DNA from: Deltaproteobacteria bacterium
GTDB lineage: Bacteria > Bdellovibrionota > Bdellovibrionia > Bdellovibrionales > Bdellovibrionaceae
Assembly: GCA_017302835.1 (NCBI GenBank)
Contig: JAFLCC010000007.1
Span: 79,870-143,869 of the forward strand
Reading direction: 5' to 3'
Length of the DNA stretch: 64,000 nt
Made by a program: the position numbers and the translations under genes. Below are positions 55,229-64,000 of the stretch, piece by piece. A model generated the notes under the pieces. The model was not told the origin of the DNA. It did not search any database and worked only from the letters and a program-made list of their open reading frames with translations. Position 1 is the first letter of the stretch. Every line of letters begins with the position of its first letter.

Positions 55229-56335
55229 TTATTTTTTTGACTTTGAAATTAATAGAACTCCAAAACCCAACATAACAAAATTAGGGATCCAACCTGCAAA
55301 AATGGGCTTTAAATGACCATGAGTTCCTAAGGTGATGGAGGAATTATAAAAAATCCAGTACAAAAACACCAATCCAATACAAATTCCCACATTCATCATC
55401 ACCCCTCCCGAACGTTCCTTGGTGACGCTAAAAGGAATACCCAGAATCGTCATCACCAATCCTGCAAATGCAAAGGCCAATTTCGCATGGTAGTCCACTT
55501 CATAGCGAATCGTATCCAAGCCGGCTTCTTTATTCTTATCAATAAATTTAGAAAGTTCTTTTTGTGAAAGCATTTCTGAGGTTTGCCCACTGCTTTGTAA
55601 GTCCTGCGCCTCTTCATTCATAACGATAATTTTTTCTTGAAAATCCGTAGAAAGCGGAAAACTTGAATCCTGATAAAAAACCGTCACTGTCCCTTTTTTA
55701 AGGGCCCATTGGTAATGCCCCGAAGCATCTTTAATTGATTTGTTCTTTAAGTCCACTTCTTCAGCGGTGATCATTCTTTGCAAATCCCAGTTATCGTCAA
55801 AAGTATAAAGAGTCAATCCATGGGCCTTAGAACCATCAAGGCTCAACGTCTTGATATTAAAAATTTCGTTTTTGGACCGGTACCAAATTCGATTGGTTTT
55901 GATTATGGAAAACTGGCTTGGGTTCTTTTTGATCTCATGATAAAAAATATAATTTTTTTGCCGAGTTAAAGAAGGAATCACCCGGTCACTTAAATAAAAA
56001 CTAAATAAGGAGAGGAGTAAAACAATAAAAACTATGGGAAACGATATTCTAAATAAGGAATAGCCCGAGGCAAATAAAGCAATCAATTCATTGGTTTTGT
56101 TCAGAGTCGACAAGGTCAGAATAGTCGCTAGCAAACAGGAAACGGGGATCAACTTTTGAATAATATCGGGAATATATAATAAATAATATTCCAATAAAAA
56201 ACGAGGGGCGACATGTTGATAACTAACAAAGGTAGACAAAATATCTATTGCCAGAAAAACAGTTAAAAAAACAAGAATCCCTCCTAAAAAATACCCAACA
56301 AAGAACTTGGAAATATATCTATCAATTCTCAACAT
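55229..56335 (-). CDS. LPS export ABC permease, LptF/LptG (YjgP/YjgQ) family
   Basis: Has six TM segments with a large periplasmic loop. Length and topology are typical of the family. Confidence 0.8.
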   Translation of the reverse strand: MLRIDRYISKFFVGYFLGGILVFLTVFLAIDILSTFVSYQHVAPRFLLEYYLLYIPDIIQKLIPVSCLLATILTLSTLNKTNELIALFASGYSLFRISFPIVFIVLLLSLFSFYLSDRVIPSLTRQKNYIFYHEIKKNPSQFSIIKTNRIWYRSKNEIFNIKTLSLDGSKAHGLTLYTFDDNWDLQRMITAEEVDLKNKSIKDASGHYQWALKKGTVTVFYQDSSFPLSTDFQEKIIVMNEEAQDLQSSGQTSEMLSQKELSKFIDKNKEAGLDTIRYEVDYHAKLAFAFAGLVMTILGIPFSVTKERSGGVMMNVGICIGLVFLYWIFYNSSITLGTHGHLKPIFAGWIPNFVMLGFGVLLISKSKK

Positions 56336-56384
56336 GATCTCATTATGTCTTGACTCGTAAAAAAAATCCCTATTAACTTAACGT

Positions 56385-57359
56385 ATGGCTTTACGCGTCT
56401 TGCTGGCTGACGAAAGTCAGACCATTAAAAAAGTAATTCAATTAGCGCTTCAAGATTTTTCTGTGGAGGTTAAACCCGTCCATTCAGGAATTGACGTCAT
56501 TCCTATTGCTAAGGTTTTTCAACCAGATATTATTTTTACCGATGTTTTGCTTGCAAAAAAAACAGGTTATGATGTTTGTAAAGATTTAAAAAATGATCCT
56601 GACACCAGCGGTATTCCCGTCGTCTTGATGTGGAATAGCCTTATGGGTATCGATGAAAAAAAAGCCGCTGAAAGCAAAGCCGATCGACGCCTTGAGAAAC
56701 CCTTCGAGGTAGAGACTCTCAGACAAATAGTTCAAGAACTGGCGCCCAAAACAATTTCTAATCCGATAAGCTCTTTTTTGAATTTTGCTGAGATTGATAG
56801 CTTTAAAGAGGGCCCACAAAGTCCCTCGGCACCTCCCACTGAAGCCCTTGATTTGATCTCTGAAGATGATGATTTTGCCCAAGTACCTCTAAATGACATG
56901 TCTTATTTGTCCTTGGATAAAAACCTTAGTAACAACTTGGATAAAAAAAACGACAAACCCCTTGAAGAATCTGAAGATTGGACCCAAAAAAAAATTGAAA
57001 TCATCCCCAGCCCTCTCGAAGTTAAGGGGAAAAAGGCAGATGAACCTGATGACAATATCTTCACCCTTGATGAACCTGATCTTAAAAATGCCCAAATTAA
57101 CGTCACTGATAATTTTGAAGAAATTATTTTCAACAATGACCTTGAAGCCACGGGCTTACCTAAAGCGCCTTCCTTAAGCTCGCCGCCTGGAAAAATAAAA
57201 TCATCCTCACTTGATTCTCTAGATCAAGAAAATCTTTTTCGTGAAGAAGCCAGAACCCTTATCGAGAAAATGTGTTACCATCTTATTCCCGAAATTGCAG
57301 AGCGAGTTGTCAGAGAAGAAATAAAAAAGTTGCTTCAGGATGCAGAAAAGTCTATTTAA
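56385..57359 (+). CDS. Response regulator: receiver domain, an acidic low-complexity linker and a short conserved C-terminal helix region
   Basis: Has a CheY-like N-terminus (LLADES, IFTDVLL, EKPF). The rest is D/E/K/S/P-rich. Confidence 0.75.
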   Translation: MALRVLLADESQTIKKVIQLALQDFSVEVKPVHSGIDVIPIAKVFQPDIIFTDVLLAKKTGYDVCKDLKNDPDTSGIPVVLMWNSLMGIDEKKAAESKADRRLEKPFEVETLRQIVQELAPKTISNPISSFLNFAEIDSFKEGPQSPSAPPTEALDLISEDDDFAQVPLNDMSYLSLDKNLSNNLDKKNDKPLEESEDWTQKKIEIIPSPLEVKGKKADEPDDNIFTLDEPDLKNAQINVTDNFEEIIFNNDLEATGLPKAPSLSSPPGKIKSSSLDSLDQENLFREEARTLIEKMCYHLIPEIAERVVREEIKKLLQDAEKSI

Positions 57360-57368
57360 TTATATTCT

Positions 57369-58205
57369 ATGATTCTCAGTGACTTAATTAAAGCAGCGAT
57401 CAAAGAAGATATGCCTCAAGGTGATGTAACAACTGAATCCTTAGGCTTGCTCCCACAACAAGGAAAAGCCGTTCTCAAGGCCAAAGAAGATCTGATCCTC
57501 TCTGGGCTCTTGCCATTTGAAAATACCATGATGATGGTTGAGCCATCCTTGAAAATTAAATGGAATTTTGAAGAAGGGCAGCTGATTCTAAAAAATCAAA
57601 ATATTTGTTCTTTGGAAGGAGACTTATTAAGAATCCTTAAAGCTGAAAGAGTTGCCTTAAACTTTCTTGGGCATCTATCTGGGATTGCAACTTACACTCA
57701 TAAGTTTGTCAATGCTGTTAAAGGAACTCATACCGTCATTTTGGATACAAGAAAAACCTTGCCCGCCTACCGTGATCTTGAAAAAAAGGCTGTGGTTCAT
57801 GGTGGTGGCATGAATCACCGAATGAATCTTTCTTCTGCCATCTTACTAAAGGATAACCATATCGCAATCATGGGCGGCATCACTCCGGCTGTGAAAAGAG
57901 TCAGACAAAACTCAGAGCTAAAAATCGAAGTTGAAGTGGCAACTCTTGACCAAGTTAAAGAAGCTGTTTCATTAGCAGTGAATAGAATATTACTTGATAA
58001 TATGACTAACGAAATGATGACAGAAGCTAAAAGACTCACTCCGCCAGGCATTGAAACGGAAGCTAGTGGAAATATGAGCCTCGACAGGGTCGCCGCCGTG
58101 GCTGCTATTGGAATTGATTATATCAGCGTTGGTGCGCTGACTCATTCTGCGCCTGTGGCAGATATCAGTTTGCAATTTGAATGGAAAAAAAATGTCCCTT
58201 CCTAA
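57369..58205 (+). CDS. nadC: Nicotinate-nucleotide pyrophosphorylase (carboxylating)
   Basis: Full-length NadC-like pattern (ILDTRKT.P..R.LEK.AV..GGG.NHR, LLDNM). Confidence 0.9.
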   Translation: MILSDLIKAAIKEDMPQGDVTTESLGLLPQQGKAVLKAKEDLILSGLLPFENTMMMVEPSLKIKWNFEEGQLILKNQNICSLEGDLLRILKAERVALNFLGHLSGIATYTHKFVNAVKGTHTVILDTRKTLPAYRDLEKKAVVHGGGMNHRMNLSSAILLKDNHIAIMGGITPAVKRVRQNSELKIEVEVATLDQVKEAVSLAVNRILLDNMTNEMMTEAKRLTPPGIETEASGNMSLDRVAAVAAIGIDYISVGALTHSAPVADISLQFEWKKNVPS

Positions 58206-58950
58206 AGACTCCTCCAAAGACAATCCATTGCAAGATATCCTTATTGGAAAAATGAGCAAAGCATGGGCCGACAACAGCCAAATCCCCGTGACCTACCTGC
58301 CCCAAACCCAAAGCACCAATGCCTTAGCCAAGCATTCGGATCTTGGTGAAAATGATTTCAAATTGACTCTTACAGACTTTCAATCAGAAGGCAGAGGACG
58401 TCAAAAAAATAAGTGGCACAGTGAAAAAGGTGGCTCCTTATTAAGCACTTGGAGTTTTTATTTACCTCAGACTCCGCACTCCGCCTTCACTAGCAGGGTT
58501 GGTATGGCTTTGTGGCGGGCCTTAAAAACAACCTGGACCTTTATTCCTTTTTCACTCAAGGCCCCAAATGATATTTACATACTTGATAAAAAAATATCAG
58601 GGATTTTAATTGAAACCATCAGTCAAGGCTCTGAAATTACCGCTCACATTGGCATTGGCATCAATGTTTTAAACTTTCCAGAAGATATTCCCATGGCCTC
58701 CTCTTTAGTTCATTCCTTTCCTAAAAATCTCCCCTTATTAGGAACCGACTGGGTACGTTTTCTCGATCGCTTATTTTTTGAGTTAACAGAAAGTGTCTCT
58801 GCAGCAGGGGAACCTTTAAATTCTACAGACTGCGAAAATTTGAAATGGGCTTTGAATCAATGGAGTCTTCTTAAAACTCCCTATGATGAGGTTTTAGAAA
58901 ATGCTGAGCTGATCAGCAATGGAAAAAAAGTTCCCTGGTCACAAATTTGA
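58177..58950 (+). CDS. birA: Biotin--[acetyl-CoA-carboxylase] ligase (no N-terminal HTH)
   Basis: Has the GRGRQKNKWHS motif and KAPNDIY...KISGILIE. The start may be ATG 58192. Confidence 0.85.
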   Translation: MNGKKMSLPKDSSKDNPLQDILIGKMSKAWADNSQIPVTYLPQTQSTNALAKHSDLGENDFKLTLTDFQSEGRGRQKNKWHSEKGGSLLSTWSFYLPQTPHSAFTSRVGMALWRALKTTWTFIPFSLKAPNDIYILDKKISGILIETISQGSEITAHIGIGINVLNFPEDIPMASSLVHSFPKNLPLLGTDWVRFLDRLFFELTESVSAAGEPLNSTDCENLKWALNQWSLLKTPYDEVLENAELISNGKKVPWSQI

Positions 58951-58968
58951 CTTAAAAAAGGATTCGCT

Positions 58969-59526
58969 TTGGCACTCATTCACACTCCAGAAAATGAACT
59001 GAACACTCCCTGTCCCCATTTTAAACTGCGTGGAACAGATGAAAAAATTTATCAGATTGCAGATTTTGCAAATGGAAACCCTCTTCTTGTGATGTTTCTT
59101 TGCAATCATTGCCCCTATGTGAAAGCCATTGAAGACAGGTTGATTGTATTAGGACAGGATCTCAAAAAGCAAAACGTCCATGTTCTTGCTATCGCCAGCA
59201 ACGACTCGAACCAATATCCCGAAGATTCTTTTGCTAATTTAAAGAAAAGAGCCCAGGAAAAAAACTACCCCTTTATTTATTTATATGATGAATCTCAAGA
59301 AGTTGCTAAGGCCTTTGGAGCTGTTTGTACCCCTGATTTCTTTGGTTATGACTCTCAATTAATACTTCGCTATCGCGGACGGCTCGATGATTCCTGGAAG
59401 GACCCTGGGCAAGTAACTCAACGAGAATTATATGATGCCATGATGAAATTAAAAAAACATCAACCCCTGACGGAAAAACAAACTCCTTCCATGGGATGTT
59501 CGATCAAATGGAAAACTTCCTCATGA
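58969..59526 (+). CDS. Thioredoxin-fold (redoxin/AhpC-TSA-like) protein
   Basis: Has a CNHCPYV motif in a thioredoxin-like context. The TTG start follows an AAGGA SD. Confidence 0.7.
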   Translation: MALIHTPENELNTPCPHFKLRGTDEKIYQIADFANGNPLLVMFLCNHCPYVKAIEDRLIVLGQDLKKQNVHVLAIASNDSNQYPEDSFANLKKRAQEKNYPFIYLYDESQEVAKAFGAVCTPDFFGYDSQLILRYRGRLDDSWKDPGQVTQRELYDAMMKLKKHQPLTEKQTPSMGCSIKWKTSS

Positions 59527-60074
59527 GAAATGTTTTTCTTGGAATTATTCTCTCTATTATAATTATTCTCTCCTGGGCCTCTATTAATCTGGGTGTTTTT
59601 AAACCCGTTTTCATCAAGGTCAGTTCCTACCCAGAAATGTTTTTGCTTTATAAAGAACACGTTGGTCCCTATCATCAAATTGTACATGACATTGAAGTTG
59701 TCGAAAAATGGGCTGCCGAAAATAATTTAAATTGCCAAAAAAGTTTTGGTCATTTTCTTGATAATCCAGAGATAAAAGAACACGCTCGACTTAAAAGTCA
59801 TGTGGGTTGCTGGTTACCACAGAAAATTTCTTTTTTGCAACCATCACCCTATGTTCTTCCCGAAGGTTTTCATTTTAAAGTCATCCCACCACAGGAATAT
59901 ATTATTGCTGAATTTTTGGGTTCCCCTGCCATTGGGCCTTTTAAGGTCTACGGCGAAGTCAACGAGTACTTTGCCGAACATAAATGGGGACGGGCTGAAG
60001 ATGTCTTAGAAGTCTACGAACGATATGACAAAGATAAAATAAAAACCTATTATTTGTTTAAAAAACTAATCTAG
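59523..60074 (+). CDS. Membrane-anchored protein, possibly with a GyrI-like effector-binding fold
   Basis: An ATGA start/stop overlap with the upstream gene supports ATG 59523. It has an N-terminal TM segment. The fold assignment is weak. Confidence 0.45.
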   Translation: MRNVFLGIILSIIIILSWASINLGVFKPVFIKVSSYPEMFLLYKEHVGPYHQIVHDIEVVEKWAAENNLNCQKSFGHFLDNPEIKEHARLKSHVGCWLPQKISFLQPSPYVLPEGFHFKVIPPQEYIIAEFLGSPAIGPFKVYGEVNEYFAEHKWGRAEDVLEVYERYDKDKIKTYYLFKKLI

Positions 60075-61269
60075 TTCTTAGACTTCTTGAAGATTTTTGA
60101 ATTTCTTGGGCCAGTTCTTCGGCTTTGTTTGTTTCCACATCAATAACCAAGTAGCCTATTTTTTCATCCGTGGATAAAAATTGTCCCTGAATGTTAGCAC
60201 CAGCATGTGATATAATTCCATTGATCTCACCCAAAACTCCTGGTTCGTTGCGGTGAACATTTTGGATTCGCTTTACACCCTCAGTAAAAGATAATTCTAT
60301 ATTAGGAAAATTAACCGCCCCAGAGGTTGATCCCACTTTTAGAAATTTTCTAAAACTTTCGGCCACCTCAAGACCAATGGAGTATTGAGCCTCTTCCGTT
60401 GACCCTCCTATATGAGGAGTTAAGATCACATTCTCCAAGCCTTGCAATGGAGAAACAAATTTCTCTTTATTTGACGAAGGTTCTATGGGAAAGACATCAA
60501 TGGCACAACCTGCAAGCTGATGTGATTTTAAGGCATCCACTAAATCCTCGATAATCACAACGGTTCCACGACTGGCATTTATGAGGTAGCTCCCTTTTTT
60601 CATCAGGCTAAATTCTTTTTGTGAAATCATATTTTTTGTTAGTTTGGTTTCAGGAACATGTAAGGATACAAAATCTGAGTATTCTAAAAGTTCTTCAAGA
60701 CTCCTCATTGACCGCGCATTTCCGAGGGGTAATTTTTTAATTAAATCAAAAAAAACTACCTTCATACCCATGGATTCAGCAAGAATAGAAAGTTGACTTC
60801 CAATATGACCATAGCCGATGATTCCCAAGGTCTTACCACGCACTTCACGACTTCCATCGGCTGATTTCATCCATTCCCCTTGATGGGCCTTCATATTACG
60901 ATCACCTAGTTGTCTTGATAAAGAGATCATCTCTGCAATCACAAGTTCAGCGACACTGCGGGTATTGGCGTGAGGAGCATTGAAGACAGGCAAACCAATT
61001 TTTTTGGCAGCGGATAAATTAATTTGATTCGTACCAATACAAAAGGCACCAATGGCAGAAAGATGTTTAGAGTTCTCAATCACCTTTGCCGTGACTTCTG
61101 TTTTTGATCGAAGGCCTAACACATCATATTTTTTTAATAAAGAAATCAATTCCTCTTCATCAGGAGCATAGGAAATTAAATCTACTTCATAGCCCTCTTC
61201 TTCCAATCTTGTTTTTGCAATTGTGTGAATATTTTCAACTAATAAAACTTTAAGATTTTTTTCAATCAT
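60058..61269 (-). CDS. serA: D-3-phosphoglycerate dehydrogenase with a C-terminal ACT domain
   Basis: Colinear with E. coli SerA (GIIGYGHIGSQLSILAE, SLHVPET, PHIGGSTEEAQ). Confidence 0.9.
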   Translation of the reverse strand: MIEKNLKVLLVENIHTIAKTRLEEEGYEVDLISYAPDEEELISLLKKYDVLGLRSKTEVTAKVIENSKHLSAIGAFCIGTNQINLSAAKKIGLPVFNAPHANTRSVAELVIAEMISLSRQLGDRNMKAHQGEWMKSADGSREVRGKTLGIIGYGHIGSQLSILAESMGMKVVFFDLIKKLPLGNARSMRSLEELLEYSDFVSLHVPETKLTKNMISQKEFSLMKKGSYLINASRGTVVIIEDLVDALKSHQLAGCAIDVFPIEPSSNKEKFVSPLQGLENVILTPHIGGSTEEAQYSIGLEVAESFRKFLKVGSTSGAVNFPNIELSFTEGVKRIQNVHRNEPGVLGEINGIISHAGANIQGQFLSTDEKIGYLVIDVETNKAEELAQEIQKSSRSLRTRLVF

Positions 61270-61383
61270 TTGAGCCCTCTTTGAGGCATTATGTTCTTAT
61301 TTTTATTTTTTTTTAGCAAAAATATGACTAACTCTAAGCATTAATTCTTTTGTCTTATTTTCAGGACTGTCACACTCTACTCT

Positions 61384-62766
61384 ATGTCAAATTATGAATT
61401 TATTCTCCTCGTCGTTGATGATGATCCCTTAATCCACCAAGCTTTAAAAGCCTGCATTCAAAAACCGTGGAAAATTATAGGTTTTCAAGATCCTCAATTG
61501 ATTCCAGAGGATTTTTTGTTTCATGCCGCCTTTATCGATATGCATTTGATAAAAAACTCTAGCGAAGCCGTAGGTGTTTCTGTTATTGAAAAACTGCACA
61601 AAAGAGATCCACATATTGAAATCGTTGCAATGTCAGGAGACCTCAACCGTGACATAATGGAATCCTGCTTGCTTGCCGGGGCACAAAAATTCATGGCCAA
61701 ACCTCTGAGCTTAGAAGAAGTCAATTCGATCTTAGAAAAAATTCAAGCCCATTGGATGATACGAAATTTTGATTCCGAATCTTATGAAAGACATTTGGTC
61801 CATTGGATAGGAACTTCACAAAAAAGTTTACAGATAAAAAAACAAATCGCCGAGCTCAAGGGAGAAAAAAAAACAATCCTTATTGAGGGAGAAACTGGAA
61901 CCGGCAAGGAAGTAGTCGCCAAATTACTGCACCTTCAAGAATCAGAAAGACCTTTTGTCGCTGTTAATGTTTCAAGTATTACTGAAAGTTTGTTTGAAAG
62001 TGAAATGTTTGGTCACTTGAAAGGATCTTTCACCGGAGCCGAAAATACTAAGATTGGTCTTGCTGAAGCCGCTCATGGTGGAGATTTATTTTTAGATGAA
62101 ATCGAAGCCATGCCTTTAAGTTTTCAAGTAAAAATGCTCCGCTTTTTAGAGTCAGGAGAAATAAGAAAAGTGGGGGCCAAAGATACCATCAAAATTCAAA
62201 CCCGTGTGATTGTCGCCTCCAACAAACCCTTGCTCACGTTAATCAAAGAAGGGAGCTTTCGGGAAGATCTTTACTATCGTATTTCTGCTCAAAAAATTGA
62301 GCTTCCCCCTTTAAGAGAAAGAAAGGAAGATATTCTTGAACTGGCTAACTATTTTCTTGAAAATGAACGTCCCAAACGAAACAAAAAATTAACCAATGAC
62401 GGCCATCAAGAGCTGATGGCTTATTCCTGGCCAGGCAATGTTCGCGAACTCAAAAGAATATGCGAACAACTCAGCCTCACATCCCCATTACCCCTTATTA
62501 GGGCCATAGACATTATTCCATTTTTAACCCCTAAATATAAGCAAGTCCAAAATCCTTATCTCACAAATAATTTAGAATTAGACTTAACAAAGCTTGCCTT
62601 GGGCCTTGATTACTTGTTAAAAAATAGTGAAAAGCAGATTATTCAATCATGCCTTAAAGTGAGTAACGACGACATTGAAGGAGCCGCCCAAATTTTAAAA
62701 ATATCTAAATCCAATTTGTATAAAAAGATAAAGGACCTGGAAATTAATACCAAGGAAAAGCCGTGA
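61384..62766 (+). CDS. Sigma-54-dependent response regulator (NtrC family)
   Basis: Has a receiver domain, an AAA+ domain with GETGTGKE, ESEMFGH and GSFTGA, and a C-terminal Fis-type HTH. Confidence 0.9.
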   Translation: MSNYEFILLVVDDDPLIHQALKACIQKPWKIIGFQDPQLIPEDFLFHAAFIDMHLIKNSSEAVGVSVIEKLHKRDPHIEIVAMSGDLNRDIMESCLLAGAQKFMAKPLSLEEVNSILEKIQAHWMIRNFDSESYERHLVHWIGTSQKSLQIKKQIAELKGEKKTILIEGETGTGKEVVAKLLHLQESERPFVAVNVSSITESLFESEMFGHLKGSFTGAENTKIGLAEAAHGGDLFLDEIEAMPLSFQVKMLRFLESGEIRKVGAKDTIKIQTRVIVASNKPLLTLIKEGSFREDLYYRISAQKIELPPLRERKEDILELANYFLENERPKRNKKLTNDGHQELMAYSWPGNVRELKRICEQLSLTSPLPLIRAIDIIPFLTPKYKQVQNPYLTNNLELDLTKLALGLDYLLKNSEKQIIQSCLKVSNDDIEGAAQILKISKSNLYKKIKDLEINTKEKP

Positions 62767-63683
62767 ACTTTTTGAGTTATTCCTTACTTTTTAGCGATCC
62801 TGTTTACAGACAAACAAGCCTCATTGTTTTAAGCATTATTTTTATTTCAGGTTTAATTGTTTATTTCTTTAGATCCAAGAATCATTATTTCGTTATTGCT
62901 TGGGCCAGTATTAATTCTTGGCTATTCTTAGCACCCCTTTTATTTTTATTTTTTTCACTCCCTAATCCAGCCCCCCTCGTTATTCTTTGCATGATGTCCA
63001 TTTACGGAGCCAAGGCTTTTTTTCAAATCATTGGGATGTTTCATCGAAGTTATTTTGTCTTACTCTGTTATCTGGGAATTCTCACCCTAGGAGTTTGTAG
63101 TTATTATCGCTCCCTGGCTTTATATAATCAAATTCCTATGATTGTTTTAGGGGTCGCTTGCTTGATCCCCTTAATGCGCAACAACTACAGAAGAATGATC
63201 CAATACATTTCATTAACCTTGCTGGCCTTTATCTTCTTAGGCTGGTCTTTTATGCACTTAGGCTTAATTTTAAATTTACCCAACGGGGTTTATCAATTTT
63301 TATATTTAATTGTTTTAACCGAGTTCTGTGACAATACGAATCTGGCCATCAGCAGCTATTTTAAATCCTATCGATTATTTAAAAGAATCGACCCCAAGCG
63401 AACTTTAGGCTCCACTCTGACTTCAATGGTTTTAACTCTTATTTTAGCAGGAATGATGAGATCTCTGCTTCCAGATCAATCTGATAAATACTGGTACACG
63501 GCGGGTTTAGTAGCTTCTCTAGGGGGCATGTTTGGCGACTTGGTCATGACTGTTGTCAGACGTGATGCCGGAGTCAAAATTGTGGGAGGATTCGTTCTAG
63601 GGCGTGGTGATTTTCTTCAAAGAATGGACCGACTCATTTTTGTAGCACCCATCTATTACTATGTCATGTTTTGGATTCAATAG
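62763..63683 (+). CDS. CdsA-family (CTP-transferase 1) membrane protein with a degenerate signature
   Basis: Polytopic. It has GDLVMTVVRRDAGVKIVGGFVLGRGDFLQRMDR where CdsA has S..KR....KD......HGG.DR.D. The GTG start overlaps the stop of the upstream gene. Confidence 0.6.
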   Translation: MNFLSYSLLFSDPVYRQTSLIVLSIIFISGLIVYFFRSKNHYFVIAWASINSWLFLAPLLFLFFSLPNPAPLVILCMMSIYGAKAFFQIIGMFHRSYFVLLCYLGILTLGVCSYYRSLALYNQIPMIVLGVACLIPLMRNNYRRMIQYISLTLLAFIFLGWSFMHLGLILNLPNGVYQFLYLIVLTEFCDNTNLAISSYFKSYRLFKRIDPKRTLGSTLTSMVLTLILAGMMRSLLPDQSDKYWYTAGLVASLGGMFGDLVMTVVRRDAGVKIVGGFVLGRGDFLQRMDRLIFVAPIYYYVMFWIQ

Positions 63684-63808
63684 CAGGACCCTGAATTAAA
63701 TAATTAGGAGCTGTCTAAAATGATGACAATTAATCACTTTATTTTTTCTTTTTTTCATAGTTTTTGATTTTATCTTTCAGTTTTAATCTTAATGAGTAAA
63801 ATTGATTG

Positions 63809-64000
63809 ATGATTGAGTTTCAAAGTATTCGTAATTCATTTTTTCATGTTAAGCCCGTCTCAAAATTTGGAATGGTGTTCTTACTCATGCTATTAAAGTC
63901 TGCGGCTTTTTCTTTTGAAATAAAACGAATTGAGAATAGGATATTTTTAACAGATAAGACCTGTCCTTCAGTTAAAAAATTAATTCTTGATATTAAAACC
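63809..64000 (+). CDS. Possible 5' fragment of an unidentified gene running off the window
   Basis: The frame is open for 64 codons from ATG 63809 to the window end. It is not in the supplied track and I recognise no motif. Confidence 0.25.
   Translation, partial: MIEFQSIRNSFFHVKPVSKFGMVFLLMLLKSAAFSFEIKRIENRIFLTDKTCPSVKKLILDIKT

Noticed and set aside
56586-57177. A cluster of four overlapping ORFs on both strands inside the response-regulator gene
   Set aside because: This is an artefact of the low-complexity, stop-poor GAA/GAT/AAA-rich linker region. The plus-strand frame is continuous with the receiver domain.
63720-63767. A 15-codon Phe/His-rich sORF (MMTINHFIFSFFHSF) with an AGGAG site, considered as an attenuation leader peptide
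   Set aside because: No terminator/antiterminator hairpins follow it, and the downstream gene is unidentified and truncated by the window edge. The evidence is insufficient.

Overview
This is a 64-kb chromosomal window from a low-GC Gram-negative genome. Many genes are tightly packed or overlap by 4 nt. The gene content includes RNase Y, a sigma-54 activator, LptF/G, Lgt, FecR/TPR envelope proteins and many secreted hypotheticals. That mix suggests a Bdellovibrionota/Oligoflexia-type organism, but this is inference only. I support about 55 protein genes and one tRNA-Pro(GGG). I found no rRNA, CRISPR array, transposase or integrase. Most of the window is housekeeping: hemB, gloB, hflX, tyrS, rny, zapA, ftsY, smc, ppdK, glyQS, lgt, hutU/hutH, def-fmt-rpe, nadC, birA and serA. 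The parts worth a second look are: (1) an AbiEi/AbiEii type IV toxin-antitoxin (abortive infection) pair behind a duplicated 15-7-15 palindromic operator; (2) next to it, a 648-aa secreted protein with a C-terminal transglutaminase-like Cys-His-Asp signature; (3) an orphan ~1,030-aa protein with a prepilin leader, plus a Cys-rich partner, with no pilus machinery nearby; (4) two divergent AAA+/DUF4143 ATPase-nuclease genes, one flanked by 14-bp direct repeats and lying between hutU and hutH; (5) a GC-rich structured element with a 22-bp closing helix and a large bubble between ftsY and the zapA cluster, which is a candidate ncRNA; (6) an hflX reading frame with no canonical start codon upstream of its conserved N-terminus. 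Hand-indexed coordinates of small motifs may be off by 1-2 nt.
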